Below, in pieces: positions 25,668-39,007 of a stretch of DNA of 64,000 bases. How positions within the stretch are numbered: position 1 is the stretch's first letter; every line of letters starts with the position of its first letter. Below the pieces are notes generated by a model. The model worked only from the letters and a program-made list of their open reading frames with translations. It made no database searches and was not told where the DNA came from. This DNA comes from Squalus acanthias (lineage: Eukaryota): positions 23,376,001 to 23,440,000 of the forward strand of contig CM059433.1 of assembly GCA_030390025.1 (NCBI GenBank), in the 5' to 3' direction. The position numbers and the translations under genes are program-made.

Positions 25668-26320
25668 CTACAGAGCAGTAGTGATACCCGCCCTCCTGTA
25701 TGCCTCAGAGACATGGACCATGTACACCAGGCACCTCAAAGCACTGGAGAGGTACCACCAACGCTGCCTCCGCAAGATCCTGCAAATCCATTGGCAGGAT
25801 AGGTGTACCAACGTCAGTGTTCTCGCTCAGGCCAACATTCCCAGCATTGAAGCTTTGACCACACTCGATCAGCTCCGATGGATGGGTCACATCGTCCGCA
25901 TGCCCGATACGAGACTCCAAAAACAAGCGCTCTACTCAGAGCTCCAACATGGCAAGAGAGCCCCAGGTGGGCAGAGGAAACGCTTCAAGGACACCCTCAA
26001 AGCCTCCTTGAAAAAGTGCAACATCCCCACCGACACCTGGGAATCCCTGGCCCAAGACCGCACAAAGTGGAGGAGAAGCATCCGGGAAGGCGCCGAACAC
26101 CTCGAGTCTCTTCGCCGGGAGCAAGCGGAAGCCAAGTACAAGCAGCGCAAGGAGCGCACGTCAACCCAAGCACCCCACCCACCTGGCCCTTCAACCACCG
26201 TCTGCCCCACCTGTGACAGAGACTGTAGGTCCTGCATTGGACTCATCAGTCACTTGAGAACTCATTTTTAGTGTGGAAGCAAGTCATCCTCGGTTCTGAG
26301 GGACTGCCTAAGAAGAGAAG
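25668..26320 (+). mobile_element. RTE LINE, 5'-truncated
   Basis: VYRAVVIPALLYASETW..GGQRKRFKDTLK..CPTC..SHLRTHF; exact 10-bp TSD ATTTCAAAGT (25658-25667, 26321-26330). Confidence 0.95.
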
Positions 26321-26641
26321 ATTTCAAAGTACTTAGTATTGTACAATCCAATCTGAAAATTGAAGGATTCAACAATTATAAGTATAGAAATTTAATAGGG
26401 ATGACCTTTGAAAATGTCTTGAAATCAGAATTGATCTGAATTAGGCTGATTTGAATGTGTTCCTAAAGATCCTCAAGGCCTGAGATTTATCCTTTTGATT
26501 TATTTTGGGGGTGTATCAGGTATTGGTAGACATGTCTCCTTAATAAAACGGTTATCAGACTTGTCTGATGATTTTAAAATGGTGCGTATGACCAGAACAT
26601 CACATTGGCAATAATCTGTGACTCTAGAGAAGAAAGAGTCA

Positions 26642-27085
26642 GGAAAGAAAGACTTGCATTTATATAGCGCCTTTCACAACCTCGGGATGTCCCAAAGTGC
26701 TTTTACAGCCAATAAAATACTTTTGAAGTGTAGTCACTGTGGTAATGTAGGAAACACGGCAGGGTCCCACAAACAGAAATGTAAAAATGACCAGGTAATT
26801 TGTTTTTTTTAGTGATGTTGGTTGAGAGATAAATATTGGCCAGGACACCGGGAGAACTCCCTTGCTCTTCTTGAAAATAGTACTGTGGGATCTTTTAAGT
26901 CCAGCTGAGAGGGCAGACAGGGCTTTGGTTTAACGTTTCATCTGAAAGACCGGCATCTCCAACAGTGCAGTGATCCTTCAGTACTGCACTGGAATGTCAG
27001 CTGAGATTTTGTGCTCAAGTCTCTGGAGTGGGACTTGAACGCCTAACCTTCTGGCTCAGAGGTGAAAGTGCTACCATGGCTGAGT
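26642..27085 (-). mobile_element. SacSINE1/DeuSINE-like SINE, near full length
   Basis: tRNA head with B box (GTTCAAGTCCCACTCC), Deu domain and L2 tail. Confidence 0.85.
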
Positions 27086-27402
27086 GCTCAGTGTTCATTT
27101 CCTGGACGTTTTTGCTATGTTAAAGGCGCTATATAAATGCAATTTTTTTTTGTTGGGCACACAGGAGCAGATAAATGTATAGAGACGAGGACTACAGCCT
27201 ATTTATGTTGCCCAATGAATTGGAAGTGATCTCATGGGAGGTGTGGTGAGAATATTACCAGGCCCACCTGCCTCATTTTTTTCCCCTAAAGCCCAATGGT
27301 ACCCATTCATACCCAGGAGAACTGGCCCTGAGGCCCTGCACCTCTCAGATGCTCCAACAATAAAATGGAGCCTGGAAAAAAGTAAGTACCTTCCTTTAAC
27401 AA

Positions 27403-29057
27403 TGTAAGGGTTTTGACCCGTGTGTGGCTCTGTGCTCAGCCTGGGTGCTAGTGCGAGGTTAGGCCTTGTTGCCTGTTCTGGTCTCCAGCCAGTCTGGGAG
27501 CACTAGACACCTGTGAGTGGTTCGACCCACTCGCCCTTACGGTTCTGACACTGGACTTAGATGCGAGAGCAATAATGGAGAGAAAACTCAGGTAGACCCG
27601 GTTGAATGGTACGAAATGGAAAATCTTTATTGCATATTATTCAAGATTAAGAAATACATGTCATAAGCAAAGATTAATGACAGTACAATCTTACACGCAG
27701 TTATGTAACTAATTTTAGGGAAACGAGGAACGAACGACACATCGTAAATGGGGGCACACATTACAGTTATCCTTAAAACTTAAACCCTCCCCTATCAATA
27801 CCTGCTCTAAACTAGATTTGTAGGATCGAGACTCATGCTCACCACTCGTGATAACTCGGAGAATTCCGAAAACTCTGCTCGGATGTTTTTACCGCAGCAC
27901 CTGATCACCCACGTGTTGATCAGGGGTCTCTGTACCCCACTTGTTTACTCGTTTCTGCTCCGGCTAGCAGGCTGGACCGTCTGCTGTCATGAAGATCTGT
28001 GTTGTCCTCGGAGTTCCGACACTACTCAAAAAAGAGTCTTCCTGTGCCCTCGCACTGATGCGATAAAATTCGAAGAATAGTCTTCCGATGCCAGTTGGGT
28101 AGCAGTTACCGATTTATCGAGCGCGGTCGGGGCTTACTGACCGTGACGATATGTATTGTCGTCTTCTTCTCTTCTCATCTCATCTCATCTCATCTCATCT
28201 CATCTCGGGCCTTCGGTGCCAACACCGTTTACCGACTTCTCGGGATGGTGTGCCCGTTTCAAGGCTTCACAGCCCAGTTCCACACAGATCTTCGCGGCAA
28301 GCCACGAGGCTGATCCTGGCGGATCAGAAAGTTCAACAGTCTTTCAGCAAGTCAAACAGCAAGAGCTGCAAGAGGCAGAGACACGAGGCAAGCGGCAAGG
28401 AACAAGACGGCGAGCGAATAAGAGAAAGATGGACGGTTGTAGCTTACAGTTATAGTGCTGAAACTCTTCTTTTCCCGCCCAACCTTAATGTCTTTTCTTT
28501 TGTCAGAGTTTTGGCGCTCAAACTTCTTGTATAGGGTGATCTCCGTTTTAATGGGTTTCGGTGATACTTGTAACTGTCTGAGTACCCGTTAATACTTCTC
28601 CCATTGTGTAACCGGTCAGTATTCTCCCTGGAGGGGTTTTGGGGCTTCCAAATGTTTTCTGTAACTACCCGCAAACGGCTCTCTCATCGTAGAGTTGTGG
28701 GGATTTTGCATATTAATGTCTTTGGATGGGTTCTTGATCGCTTGGTACAATAGCCCTTATTTGCACCTGGGAGACCGATTTCAGTATTTATGTGTATACT
28801 GCAAACCCATAATGTCTCGTGTATTATTTCAAATGTGCTGAGTCTTGATCGATCTCGCACAAATGTTTATTGGAACGCCATCTTGTCTGCTTATCGAAAA
28901 GTCTAGAATGTTCTGCCACGAGGCGTGGCGGCCATTTTACAGGCTGCTTGTGTCCACTTTGAAAACCTGACAGCATTCTGCTGAAATAAAGCTGTTTGAA
29001 CGAAACTATGTGTTTTCTCCTTATTTATAAAATCGCGATTATATTGCGAATTCTACA
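27403..29057 (-). mobile_element. solo LTR, family A copy 3 (divergent subfamily)
   Basis: TGTAA...CTACA ends, exact TSD ACAA, collinear with copy 2; internal (TCTCA)n. Confidence 0.85.
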
Positions 29058-29061
29058 ACAA

Positions 29062-29742
29062 AGACTGCCTAATTTCACGTTTGTAACATCACCCGTCTCC
29101 CTCCACCCCCCGCCACCTTACCTCAGCCCATCTGCTGATGAAACCCTTACCCACGCTTTTGATACCTCGAGACTTGAATATTCCAATGCTCTTTGACTAG
29201 TCTTCCGTCCTCCACCCTCTGTAAACTTCAGCTTATGCAAAACACATGTCCTATACCCATATCCATATCCTACCCTGCACCAAGTCCCGCTTACCTTTCA
29301 CCCCATCCTCACTAACCTACATCGGCTCCCGGCCTCCCAACACCTTCAATTTAAAATTCTTATCCTTGTGTTTAAAGCCCTTCATGACCTCACCCTTATC
29401 TATCTCTGTAACCTCTCCTAGCACCAAAACCTTCCCTCCCCCGAACACTCTGTTCCTCTGACTCTAGCCTCTTAAGCATCCCCTCTTCCATTTGCCCTAA
29501 CGCTGGTGGCTGTGCCTTCAGATATCTACACCCCAAGCTATGGAATTCCATCCCTAAGACCTTCCGCATCTCCACCTCCTTCTCATCTTTAAAGGCCCTC
29601 CTTAATCCAGCTATTTCACCAAGCAGTTGGTCACCACATAATATCTCCTTCTTTAGCTCGGTGTCTATTCTTATTAGGCTTCTGTGAAGCACCTTGAGAT
29701 GTTTTCCAACATCAAAGTTACTGTTTAAATACAAGTTGTTGT
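29062..29742 (+). mobile_element. L2 LINE 3' fragment
   Basis: ETLTHAFDTSRLEYSNAL motif and L2 3' tail. Confidence 0.85.
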
Positions 29743-29909
29743 CTTATCCTTAAAGGAAGATTGCAAAAAGGATAAATGATCTTTTGCTCCTATGACATAT
29801 AGGTGTCAGCATAAAGACCATAATGATTGTGATAACAAGTGAATGCAATTGGCAATTACATTCTATATGAGGTTTTTATTGGAGTGAAGGTATGTAAGGA
29901 TGCGAATGA

Positions 29910-30470
29910 AGGAACACTTCCAGGTGAAGGCTGGGTGTCTGACGGGGCGCAAAGCACCTAGCGCCTGGGCACGGCGCCGCCAGCGCCTCCCGCAAAATTC
30001 AGTGGGAGGTTAGCGGTCGCAGTAACCGTTAGCACCCCGCAGCGCCTCCGGCGATGACATCATTGCCGTGCGCAGCGCCCCACTCGCACCCCGGCCGCGA
30101 TCGTCGGTAGCACCCCGGCCACGATCGTCGTTAGCGCCCCCCCCGACTTACCGCCGGATGCTATCTTTGACGGGGTCAGGGGGGCCTACCTACGGCCGGG
30201 GCGGCGCTAGTTAAAGGGGAGGTGGCAGGCGGCCATTTTTGTTGCTGGCCACCTGCCAGCACCTGTCCCCGTTGCAGTCCCCGGCCCCCGTGAAGATCCC
30301 CCTCGCAGTGCCCCAAGAGGGAGGCGGGGCGCTTCCAGTAGCGCCCCGCTTCCGTCTTGGGGCGCTACCATTCAATTTTGGCCCTGGGGGGCACTAATTT
30401 TTTCGGGGCACTGAAAGTAGCGCCCCAGTGAAGTTAGCGCCCCAAAGAGGGCGCGACTCCATTTTTCCCC
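29910..30470. mobile_element. GC-rich Harbinger-derived non-autonomous fragment
   Basis: Repeated TAGCGCC motifs; the end ATTTTTCCCC resembles the GGGGGAAAAA terminus and subterminal region at 49214. Confidence 0.55.
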
Positions 30471-31146
30471 ATTAAACTTTTGCAGTATTTAGTGGTGGAA
30501 GTGGCACTGACTGCTTTGGCAACCTCTTTAAACTTATCTGCTGCAGCTTTCCTTGGGGTTCACCTTTAACCAGTAATTCCAGAAAATAGTGCTAGTCAGA
30601 CAGGTCAAAGTCCCACTGTGCCACATCTCCAGCGATGATCAGCCATGATCTTATTGAATGGTGGAGCAGGCTCGAGGGGCCGAATGGCCTATTCCTGCTC
30701 CTGTTTCTTATGTTCTTATGATTACACTGCAGGGGAAAATCCAGGCTTTAACGTAGTATTATAGTATTATTTAAGAGTTCAATGCAGCGGATGCAAAGGT
30801 TAGGGAACTATAGACCAGTTAGCCTGACATCAGTAGTAGGGAAAATGCTAGAATCTATTATTAGGAACGTGGTAACAGGGCACTTAAAAAATCATAATAA
30901 GATTGGGCAGAGTCAACACATATTTATGAAAGGGAAATTGTGTTTGACAAATCTGTTAGAGTTTTTTGAGGTTGTCAGGGTAGATAAAGGGGGAACCAGT
31001 GGATGTGGTGTATTTGGATTTCATAAAGCATTCGATAAGATGCCACACAAGAGGTTATTACACAAAATTAGGGCTCATGGCATTGGGGGTAATATATTAG
31101 CATAGGATAGGTTAACGGACAGAAAACAGAGAGTAGGAATCAACGG

Positions 31147-32433
31147 TGTGAAGGAATAAGCCATATTCAGAAAAATACACCATTCTATGAAGGAATTCTA
31201 GCCTTATTAAAACATGACAAACTAGGTCTGAAAATCTAGAAACCTGGCTATGAAAAGCTGTATTGTTCACAGCATTCAGGCTATTGGGATAAGATAAGTT
31301 GTTGACACTGAATCAATAACCTTATTGAAACAGGAGGTTGGAAGCTCCTGAAGTCTGAAGCTTTGGAAAGAACACAATGGTACACCCTGTTAAGGTGTCT
31401 AATTTACACTTTGGAATGAAACACAGAAAATTAAGAAACATATGCCTTCGTAAAAATGACATCAAATGAAACACAGGAGACACGATTCTGTGTTGCAACC
31501 AGCTGAGGTAACTAAGAATTGCATAGATCACCCTGGTTGAGGTGTTTTAATTTACACGTCATAAAAAGACACAAACAGAAGACCTTGGTAAGAATGATGT
31601 CAAATAGATGCATCTGCTGTTACACTGTTTTTTATGATAAGCTTCAAACACCTAAAGGAGAGACACGAGTCTGCATTGCTACCAGCTGAACTAACTGTAA
31701 GAATAGCAGGTGTCAGCAGAAAAATGACTAGAGATAATTAGCTTACATCAGCAGAAAACTTCAAAGGAAATACCACTGAGAAAGGATATAAATATTGAAC
31801 TTTTAAATGGGATGATAGATTGGCTGTAAGGGGCAAAGCGATTCTCAGGCTTCAGAGGCAGGCTCTGTAAGTCTACAACCCTTTGCACCTCGGGGATCAA
31901 GGTATTGTACTGTATTTGATTTTGGTGGATATCCTGGAATAAAGACTAAGAACTGTAAAAATGTAGCGAAGTTAAGATTTGAGAATAAGGATCTCTGATA
32001 ATAGAATTGTAAAGCTTTCTGTTTTTGGAACTGTTAATGTTGTGATTGAAACACCTACTGTAATTACATGTTGGTTCTTTAATAAATCTATATATTTTTA
32101 GAATTGTCTCACATGATACTTCTGTATCAAACTCGCGAACTCAATTTCTGTACACTCTTTGGTGAGGAGTTGCAGAATTCTGAGGGTGTTTTCCGGACCC
32201 TCATAGTATCCGAAACATTACAGTCTAGCTAAACTTATTAAAAGTGCTATCTGGAGGATGGTAACATCTTCAGGTTGTTCCTTTCCTTTAGGGAGAGATA
32301 GTCTGGACCTTTAGACCCAATTAAGCGTCTTTAGGATTCGGCTACCTCAAACTTTAGTTGAAAGTGAACATCTGGAGAATACGCCTGATCCGGGGTAGCC
32401 CTAAAGGGGCTAGGACTAGTAATTATCCCTTCA
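31147..32433 (+). mobile_element. solo LTR-like insertion, family D
   Basis: Interrupts the CR1 RT precisely; TGAAGG..CCTTCA inverted ends; imperfect TSD (AACGG/ACCGG); TATA ~31786; AATAAA ~31938 and ~32081. Confidence 0.7.
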
Positions 32434-33779
32434 ACCGGTCATTTTTGGGTTGGCAGGATGTTACTAGTGGGGTACCGCAAGGATCAGTGCTTGGGCCTCA
32501 GCTATTTACAATCTTTATCAATGACTTAGATGAGGGGGTTGAATGTAATGTATCCAAGTTTGCTGATGATACAAAGCTAGGTGGGAAAGTAAGCTGTGAG
32601 GAGGACGCAAAGAGGCTGCAAAGGGATATAGACAGGTTAAGTGAGTGGGCAAGAACATGGCAGATGGAGTATAATGTGGAGAAATGTAAAGTTATCCACT
32701 TTGGTAGGAAAAATAGAAAAGCAGAATATATTTTAAATGGTGAGAGATTGGGAAATGGTATTCAAAGAGACCTGGGTGTCCTTGTACACAAATCACAGAA
32801 AGTTAACATGCAGGTACAGGATTGGAGTATGAGAGTAAAGAAGTCTTACTGCAATTATAAAGGGGGTGCATGAACAGAGAGACCTGGCTGTATATGTGCA
32901 CAAATCGTTGAAGGTGGCAGGGCAGGTTGAGAAAGCGGCTAAAAAAGCATACGGGATCCTGGGCTTCATAAATAGAGGCATAGAGTACAAAAGCAAGGAA
33001 GTTATGATGAACCTTTATAAAACACTGGTCCGACTTTAACTGGATTATTATGTCCAATTCTGGGCACTGCACTTTAGGAAGGATGTGAAGGCTTTAGAGA
33101 GGGTGCAGAAAAGATTTACAAGAATGGTTCCAGGGATGAGGGACTTCAGTTACGTGGATAGACCAGAGAAGCTGGGATTGTCCTCCTTAGAACAGAGAAG
33201 GTTGAGAGGAGAAAGAAAAGAAAGACTTGCATTTATATAGCGCCTTTCACGACCACCGGACGTCTCAGAGCGCTTTACAGCCAATGAAGTACTTTTCAAG
33301 TGGAGTCACTGTTGTAATGTGGGAAACACGGCAGCCAATTTGCGCACAGCAAGCTCCCACAAACAGAATGATCAGATAATCTGTTTTTGTTATGTTGATT
33401 GAGGGAGAAATATTGGCCAGGACACTGGGGATAACTCCCCTGCTCCTCTTTGAAATAGTGCCATGGGATCTTTTACGTCCACCTGAGAGAGCAGACTGGG
33501 CCTCGGTTTAACGTCTCATCCGAAAGACGGCACCTCTGACAGTGCAGCGCTCCCTCAGCACTGGCACTGGGAGTGTCGGCCTAGCTTTATGTGCTCAAGT
33601 CCCTGGAGTGGGACTTGAACCCACAACCTTCTGACTCAGAGGCGAGAGCGCTACACACTTTTTTTTTGTTATATTATTTATTGAACATTAAGAACATTTA
33701 CAACATCGTGATCATTCCACTGTACCATTCAAATCCATTCTGCCGCTCTACACAGCCATTCCTCCACCACATATTAACA

Positions 33780-36700
33780 TCAAAACCTGAAGTTTAATTT
33801 GTCTCCCGTAACATATATTAATCGATTGTACTTTAAAAATTGATCGTAAAATACTATCTTTAATTTCCTTTCTGAATAAAACATCCACAGAGCCTTATAA
33901 TGATCTTTTAGCTTATATTTAAAATACTCTTTTAGATTGATTCTCCTCCCCTTAAAAAACAGAGCATTCCTTCTTTGCACAATCACGAATCTAGCCAAAC
34001 TGAACATTAAATTAATTGACTCTCCTGCAATCCCCATCTCAAAATTGAGTCCCACGGGATTCCCATTCTTGCTCTTCGGTTCCCACCCAGCAAAAAAACC
34101 TCACACAACTGTCGAACATAGTACTTAAAATCATTTAACTGTGGACATAACACCAGTAAATGGGACAGAGTCTCATCCCGTGTCCCACACACTGGGCAAG
34201 TTGCCCCAATCTTACACAAGACCGTCATGGTAAAAATCCGGTTATGAGCCAATTTGAAATCCAGTTCAATCCACTCTGGATATTTAAAATTCGCCCACAC
34301 TCCCTTCCAAATCCTGTTGAAGTCCAGCTGTGGGTATTGTAAGATTCTCAAAATTCACACATCCCCCAAAACTAGAAGACAAACCCTAAGGAAAAAGACT
34401 TGACTCTTTTCTAACTATTTCAGGGTGGTGAGATGCATTGGGTCTAACCGAATGACATTTTAGAGCAAAAACCAAGACTTGGTATTTTAAAAGACATGTC
34501 TGGACTTATAAGGGAGAAAAGGCTGTAAAGGAAGGTGGGCTCAACCTCTGTAAAGACAGTTTGGATATTGGAGTTAATCAAACTGTCTGGGGAACCGCAT
34601 GACCTCACTTGGAGTTAATCGGCCCCTATCAGACATTAACATCCTAACAATAGACCCAAGGAAAAGTAGTCTCCACCCTAATTTATAGGACCCATCAAAA
34701 CATGCATAAAACAGATCACTTCGACCCACTCTATAGAAATCCCAGGCCCAGTCAAGAAACTCACAACGTGAGAACAATCAGCTACAATCAAGCAGCAGAT
34801 CGACAGGATGGAGCCATCCCGAAACCACTTCACACATTTACAAACAGGTTACTGTTAACGAGCCCGCCAAAATCTTACAATAAACCGGGACTGATTGGGA
34901 GGCCCCAATTAGTATAATTGAGGGCCTGTTTTCTCAAGAAGTCAGTTCAGCAGTTACAACAAGTTCTCTACAAGTTCAAGGGTGGAGCAGTTACACAGTT
35001 ACAACAGAAAGGAGTTCTCGAGTACAACCGTACACAGTTCAACAGAAACAAGTTCAACAAGCAAGCAGCAAGGAGTTCAGCCAGCAGCAAGGAAGCAGCT
35101 CTCCAGTACAACCGTTCAGCAGTTACGTGTCCAGCCAAGAGGTCGACAGCTCGAAAACAAGACCGTTCAACAAAGGAGGCCAACAGCTCCAGAAGTAGGC
35201 CGACACGCAAGAAGAGACCAGAGCGACCGCCTCAGTGACCATCGGACACCTCGCGGCAACAAGGGCCTTACGAAACTTTTACTTAAAAAGACTCAAACCT
35301 TACCTCTAACCAAAGAAAAGTGGGTACTCACCCGATAAATCCAATTCAGCGAACCCCAAAACCGCGAACCAGCTCAACTGTCAAGGATTCGTTTGGTGAG
35401 CATTATCCCTGGTTCTCTAGAGTCCAACCTAGCTAGTAAAGTGGGATTGGGAGGGGTGAGGTATTCTTCTAATGTGATTTCCCTCGTATGTACCGAAGTG
35501 TTCCCCATTTTATTGAAGTGTTAAGATTGTTGTTATATTTACTCTCTTGAATAAAGATCAAAAGTTCTTGCACCAAACCAGTTGTCTGCTGCACTTTTGT
35601 CACAACCCCCAAATAAGTCCAAGGTCTAGAACCAAGGGAGTGGGAGCGATTCGAACCGCTCAGAAGTCAGAGGTGAAGCTGACACACACACCACCACCCC
35701 CTACAGTATATACTCTGCCAAAACTTCTGACCAGCAGGTGTCTTGAATCTCCATTCTCTAAATACCTCATAGAAATCTCGAGTATTAAAGTTGTCAAATT
35801 GGACCAACTCCTCCCCTTTCTCCAGCTGAAAGCTTGGAAAAGCGGGACGCATTTTACTTCCTTTGGAGATCTGCGGATTTATTTCTTCCATCCAATCCTG
35901 TGGCATTGCCCTCACAATCTTCTCATACATGATTATAATTGCTTTTTCCTCTACCTCCTGATCCTCCTCCCACACCATGTCCCTCACTATCGCTTCCAGC
36001 AACCAACCTGGAATTACCTCGTATAATACATCTTTCACACATAGAATACCAGCTTTTATAAAAGCTTGATTAAATAATGCCTCTCCTTCAATGTTGACCC
36101 ACCTGTTCAAAGATAAGGGCTGTTCTAAAAATTCCTCAGCACCCTTGGGCATAAACTGCACACTTTTTAAAAATTGAGCCCAAGACTCTACAACCCCCTT
36201 ATAAAACCTAGGGTGAGGTTTAATTGATTTCAAAAACATATTATTGTATTCCACATACAATATCCCCTGCCCTCCTATCCCACTTCATTTAAAAAAATGC
36301 TCAAAACAACTCTTCTGAAACCTTGTATTTGACTTCTGAAGAACTCTCTTCACCCATTTGATTCTAAAGGATTTTTTCTTCAAATCAATATCTGGGAAAT
36401 TGAGTCCTCCCTGATTTCTCCGTCTAATGATGGTATTGTAAGCAACCAAGGCTGCTTTCCCTTCCCATAAAAACCTCACACAAGCCTCTCGGATGGACTT
36501 TTCCGCCCACGCAGGAATATCCTCCGCCATCAGTAAGTACCATTGTTTAGATAAAAGGAGAGGGGACACCACTGTCGCTCTTCCTTGCACTTTCAACCAC
36601 CATCTTTCCCATCTTCCCAAAATCTTTTTAATTTTCATAACCTTTGGTTCTCAATTTAATCGATCCACTTCATCCCTGTCTTTCTTGCACCCCATATTCA

Positions 36701-38969
36701 CCCCCAGAACTTCCAAAACCTCCACCACCTTAAAGGGGCTTTCCTCCAACCATTCCCCCCTACCCCTTCCTGCAAACAGGCATTGGGACTTACTATAATT
36801 CACTCTGGCTCCTGAAGCTCTACAATATTCTTCCACTACATCCATAGCTTTCCTCACTGACCCTCCATTTCTCAATGTTAAGGTTGTGTCATCTGCATAT
36901 TGGTGTATCACCGACACCAGCCCGGAACTGGGAACCGCAATCCCAACTACACCTTGTTCCTTTCGCATCAAGTAACCTAATGGTTCTGCTACCAATGTGT
37001 ACAACAATGGGGACAGGGGACAACCCTGTCTCACTGACCTCTGTATCGGAAAATACTTGGATAAAAAACCATTACATTTAACGCAGCTAAATATGTTTGA
37101 ATAAAAAATCCTTATGCACTCAATGAAATTTTCCCCGAAACCAAATGCTTCCAAAACCATCAATAAAAACTCATGAGAGACCCTATCAAAGGCTTTCTCT
37201 TCATCTATCTTTAATACATAAGCCTCCCTCCCGCTCTCTTCCATGAGCTCTATCGCATCTCGGATTGAGACCACAGAGTCTGCAATGTCCCAGCCTATGA
37301 CTCCATAGGACTGAGAGGGCTAAACTATCTGCGGCAACACCTCCTTCATACAATTTGCCATAACCCTCACCAAGATCTTATAATCCACATTTAAAAATGT
37401 GATGGGCCTCCAATTCTTCAGATCCTTTCTATCCCCTTTATTTTTATAAGCTAAACTTATGACACCTCTCCTCATAGATGGGGCCAGGCTTCCCTCAATT
37501 TTAATCTCCTTAAAAACCTCTATGAGCAATGGACTTAAAATCTCAAAAAATTCGTCATAAAATTCTGCACATAGTCCATTGAACCCTGGGCTTCCCCCCT
37601 CGCCCTTCATTCCACTTATTGCTACTTTTAATTCTGCTAATCCTACTTCTTTGTCACACATGCTTCTCTCATCCTCCTTTAAACCCTCTTCAATAAAAGT
37701 ACTAACCTTCTCCATCGCCAAATTGGAAATGTCTTCTTTTGTAACTCTTGATAAAAGCTGCTAGCTACCTCTACAATCTCCCCACTTTCATTAATGATCT
37801 TCTCCCCAACCTTCAACTCTCCAATTAATGATAATCTCTGTCGCAGCTTCTCTAGCTCTAGAAAATATCTAGTGCATCTTTCGCCCTCCAATGCATCTTT
37901 AGCCTTTGCACGGAGAATGGCCCCCTTGCATTTTTCAGCTTGCAATAATTCCCACTCTTCCTTTAAAACCCGGAACTTAGTCTCAGCTCCCTTATCCCCT
38001 CCGTCAACTGCTTTACAGATATCCGTAAACCTTCTGTTTATATTCTCTTCTTGATGCCGGTTAGCTGCCGCGCTCTCTTTCCCATAACATACCGAAAAAA
38101 CTTTTACCTCATATTTGAAATTGTCCCACCAAACTCTTCTTTCTTTCAAGAACAAAGGCTCCTTCCGAGCATTTTTTATTATATTTAAAATCCCTTCTTT
38201 ATAAGCAATTTCTTTCAGGTACTGATTGTTTAAAATCCACAACCCTGGACCGATCTTAACTCTGCTGTTCCTAATTCTGAGAACCAAAGCCGAGTGGTCA
38301 CTAAAAAATACTTTTTTGTAATAAATCTCCATCACCTCAGAACTTAACCCTTCCTGCATTAACATAAAATCTATTCGGCTCTGTTTTAAAACATCACCCA
38401 CCCAACCTGTTCTGGAGAACTCCCTTTTTATGGGGTTCCGATCCCTCCATAAGTCTCTCAGATTTAAATTTGCCATCATTTTTACAATCATCCCGATGGA
38501 GTTATCATCCTTAAAGGACATCTGGGCTGAAATGTCCATCCGAGATAAAAATACATTAAAATCCCCCATTATACAAGGGTTTTCCACCTCTGCCACTTCA
38601 GTGAATAACCACCGAAAAAACTTGTGACGCTTGCAATGGTCGTTCGGTGCATAGATATTAAAGAGATCGCAATTAAATTCCTCCATTTTTAACCTTAGCC
38701 ATAAAAATCTCGCCTCAGTGTCCTTGTCCACCAAGGCAACGTTCTCTTTTATGGATGGACTCACCAAAACAGCCACCCCTCTACAGTTATTGTTTGCACA
38801 ACTTGCAAACCTCTCCCTTCCAAACCTTCTGAACTCTTTCTAGGATATCCTCATCCCAAAAGGCTTCTTGCAAACACAACAAGTCAGTGCCTTTAAAACA
38901 CTGCAACAACTGCTGCAATTTCTTCTCACCGCTCAGTCCGTTCACATTAATCGAGACCAATGTAATCAT
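33780..38969 (-). pseudogene. Tx1 ORF2 (APE-RT-zinc finger), multiple frameshifts, interrupted by an LTR
   Basis: SINVNGL..LQE, NIYAPN, GDFN, SRIDF, SDH; SPGFNG, NWRPITFLNVDYKIL, DEEKAFDRV, RQGCPLSPLLY, YADD; CPVCGTRDETLSHLLVLC. Confidence 0.9.
34338..35705 (+). mobile_element. solo LTR, family B copy 2 (inside Tx1 ORF2)
   Basis: TGTA...TACA ends, exact TSD GTAT; removing it restores KFWQSIY|PQLDFNRIW; AATAAA 35550. Confidence 0.9.
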
Positions 38970-39007
38970 GGCTCCGAATAAGGGAAGTATGCCTGATAAC
39001 CTCCCCA

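Noticed and set aside
25630..26271. 213-aa ORF as a domesticated or host gene
   Set aside because: The ATG lies in flanking DNA upstream of the TSD; the rest is a truncated RTE C-terminus, so this is a chance fusion.
26980..27085. tRNA genes at B-box motifs (also ~33600 and ~20890)
   Set aside because: They are tRNA-derived SINE heads contiguous with the Deu domain and L2 tail.
23071..29057. Two co-oriented family A LTRs as the ends of one provirus
   Set aside because: Each has its own TSD (AATC, ACAA), they are clearly diverged, and the interval holds RTE, SINE and unique DNA with no gag/pol.
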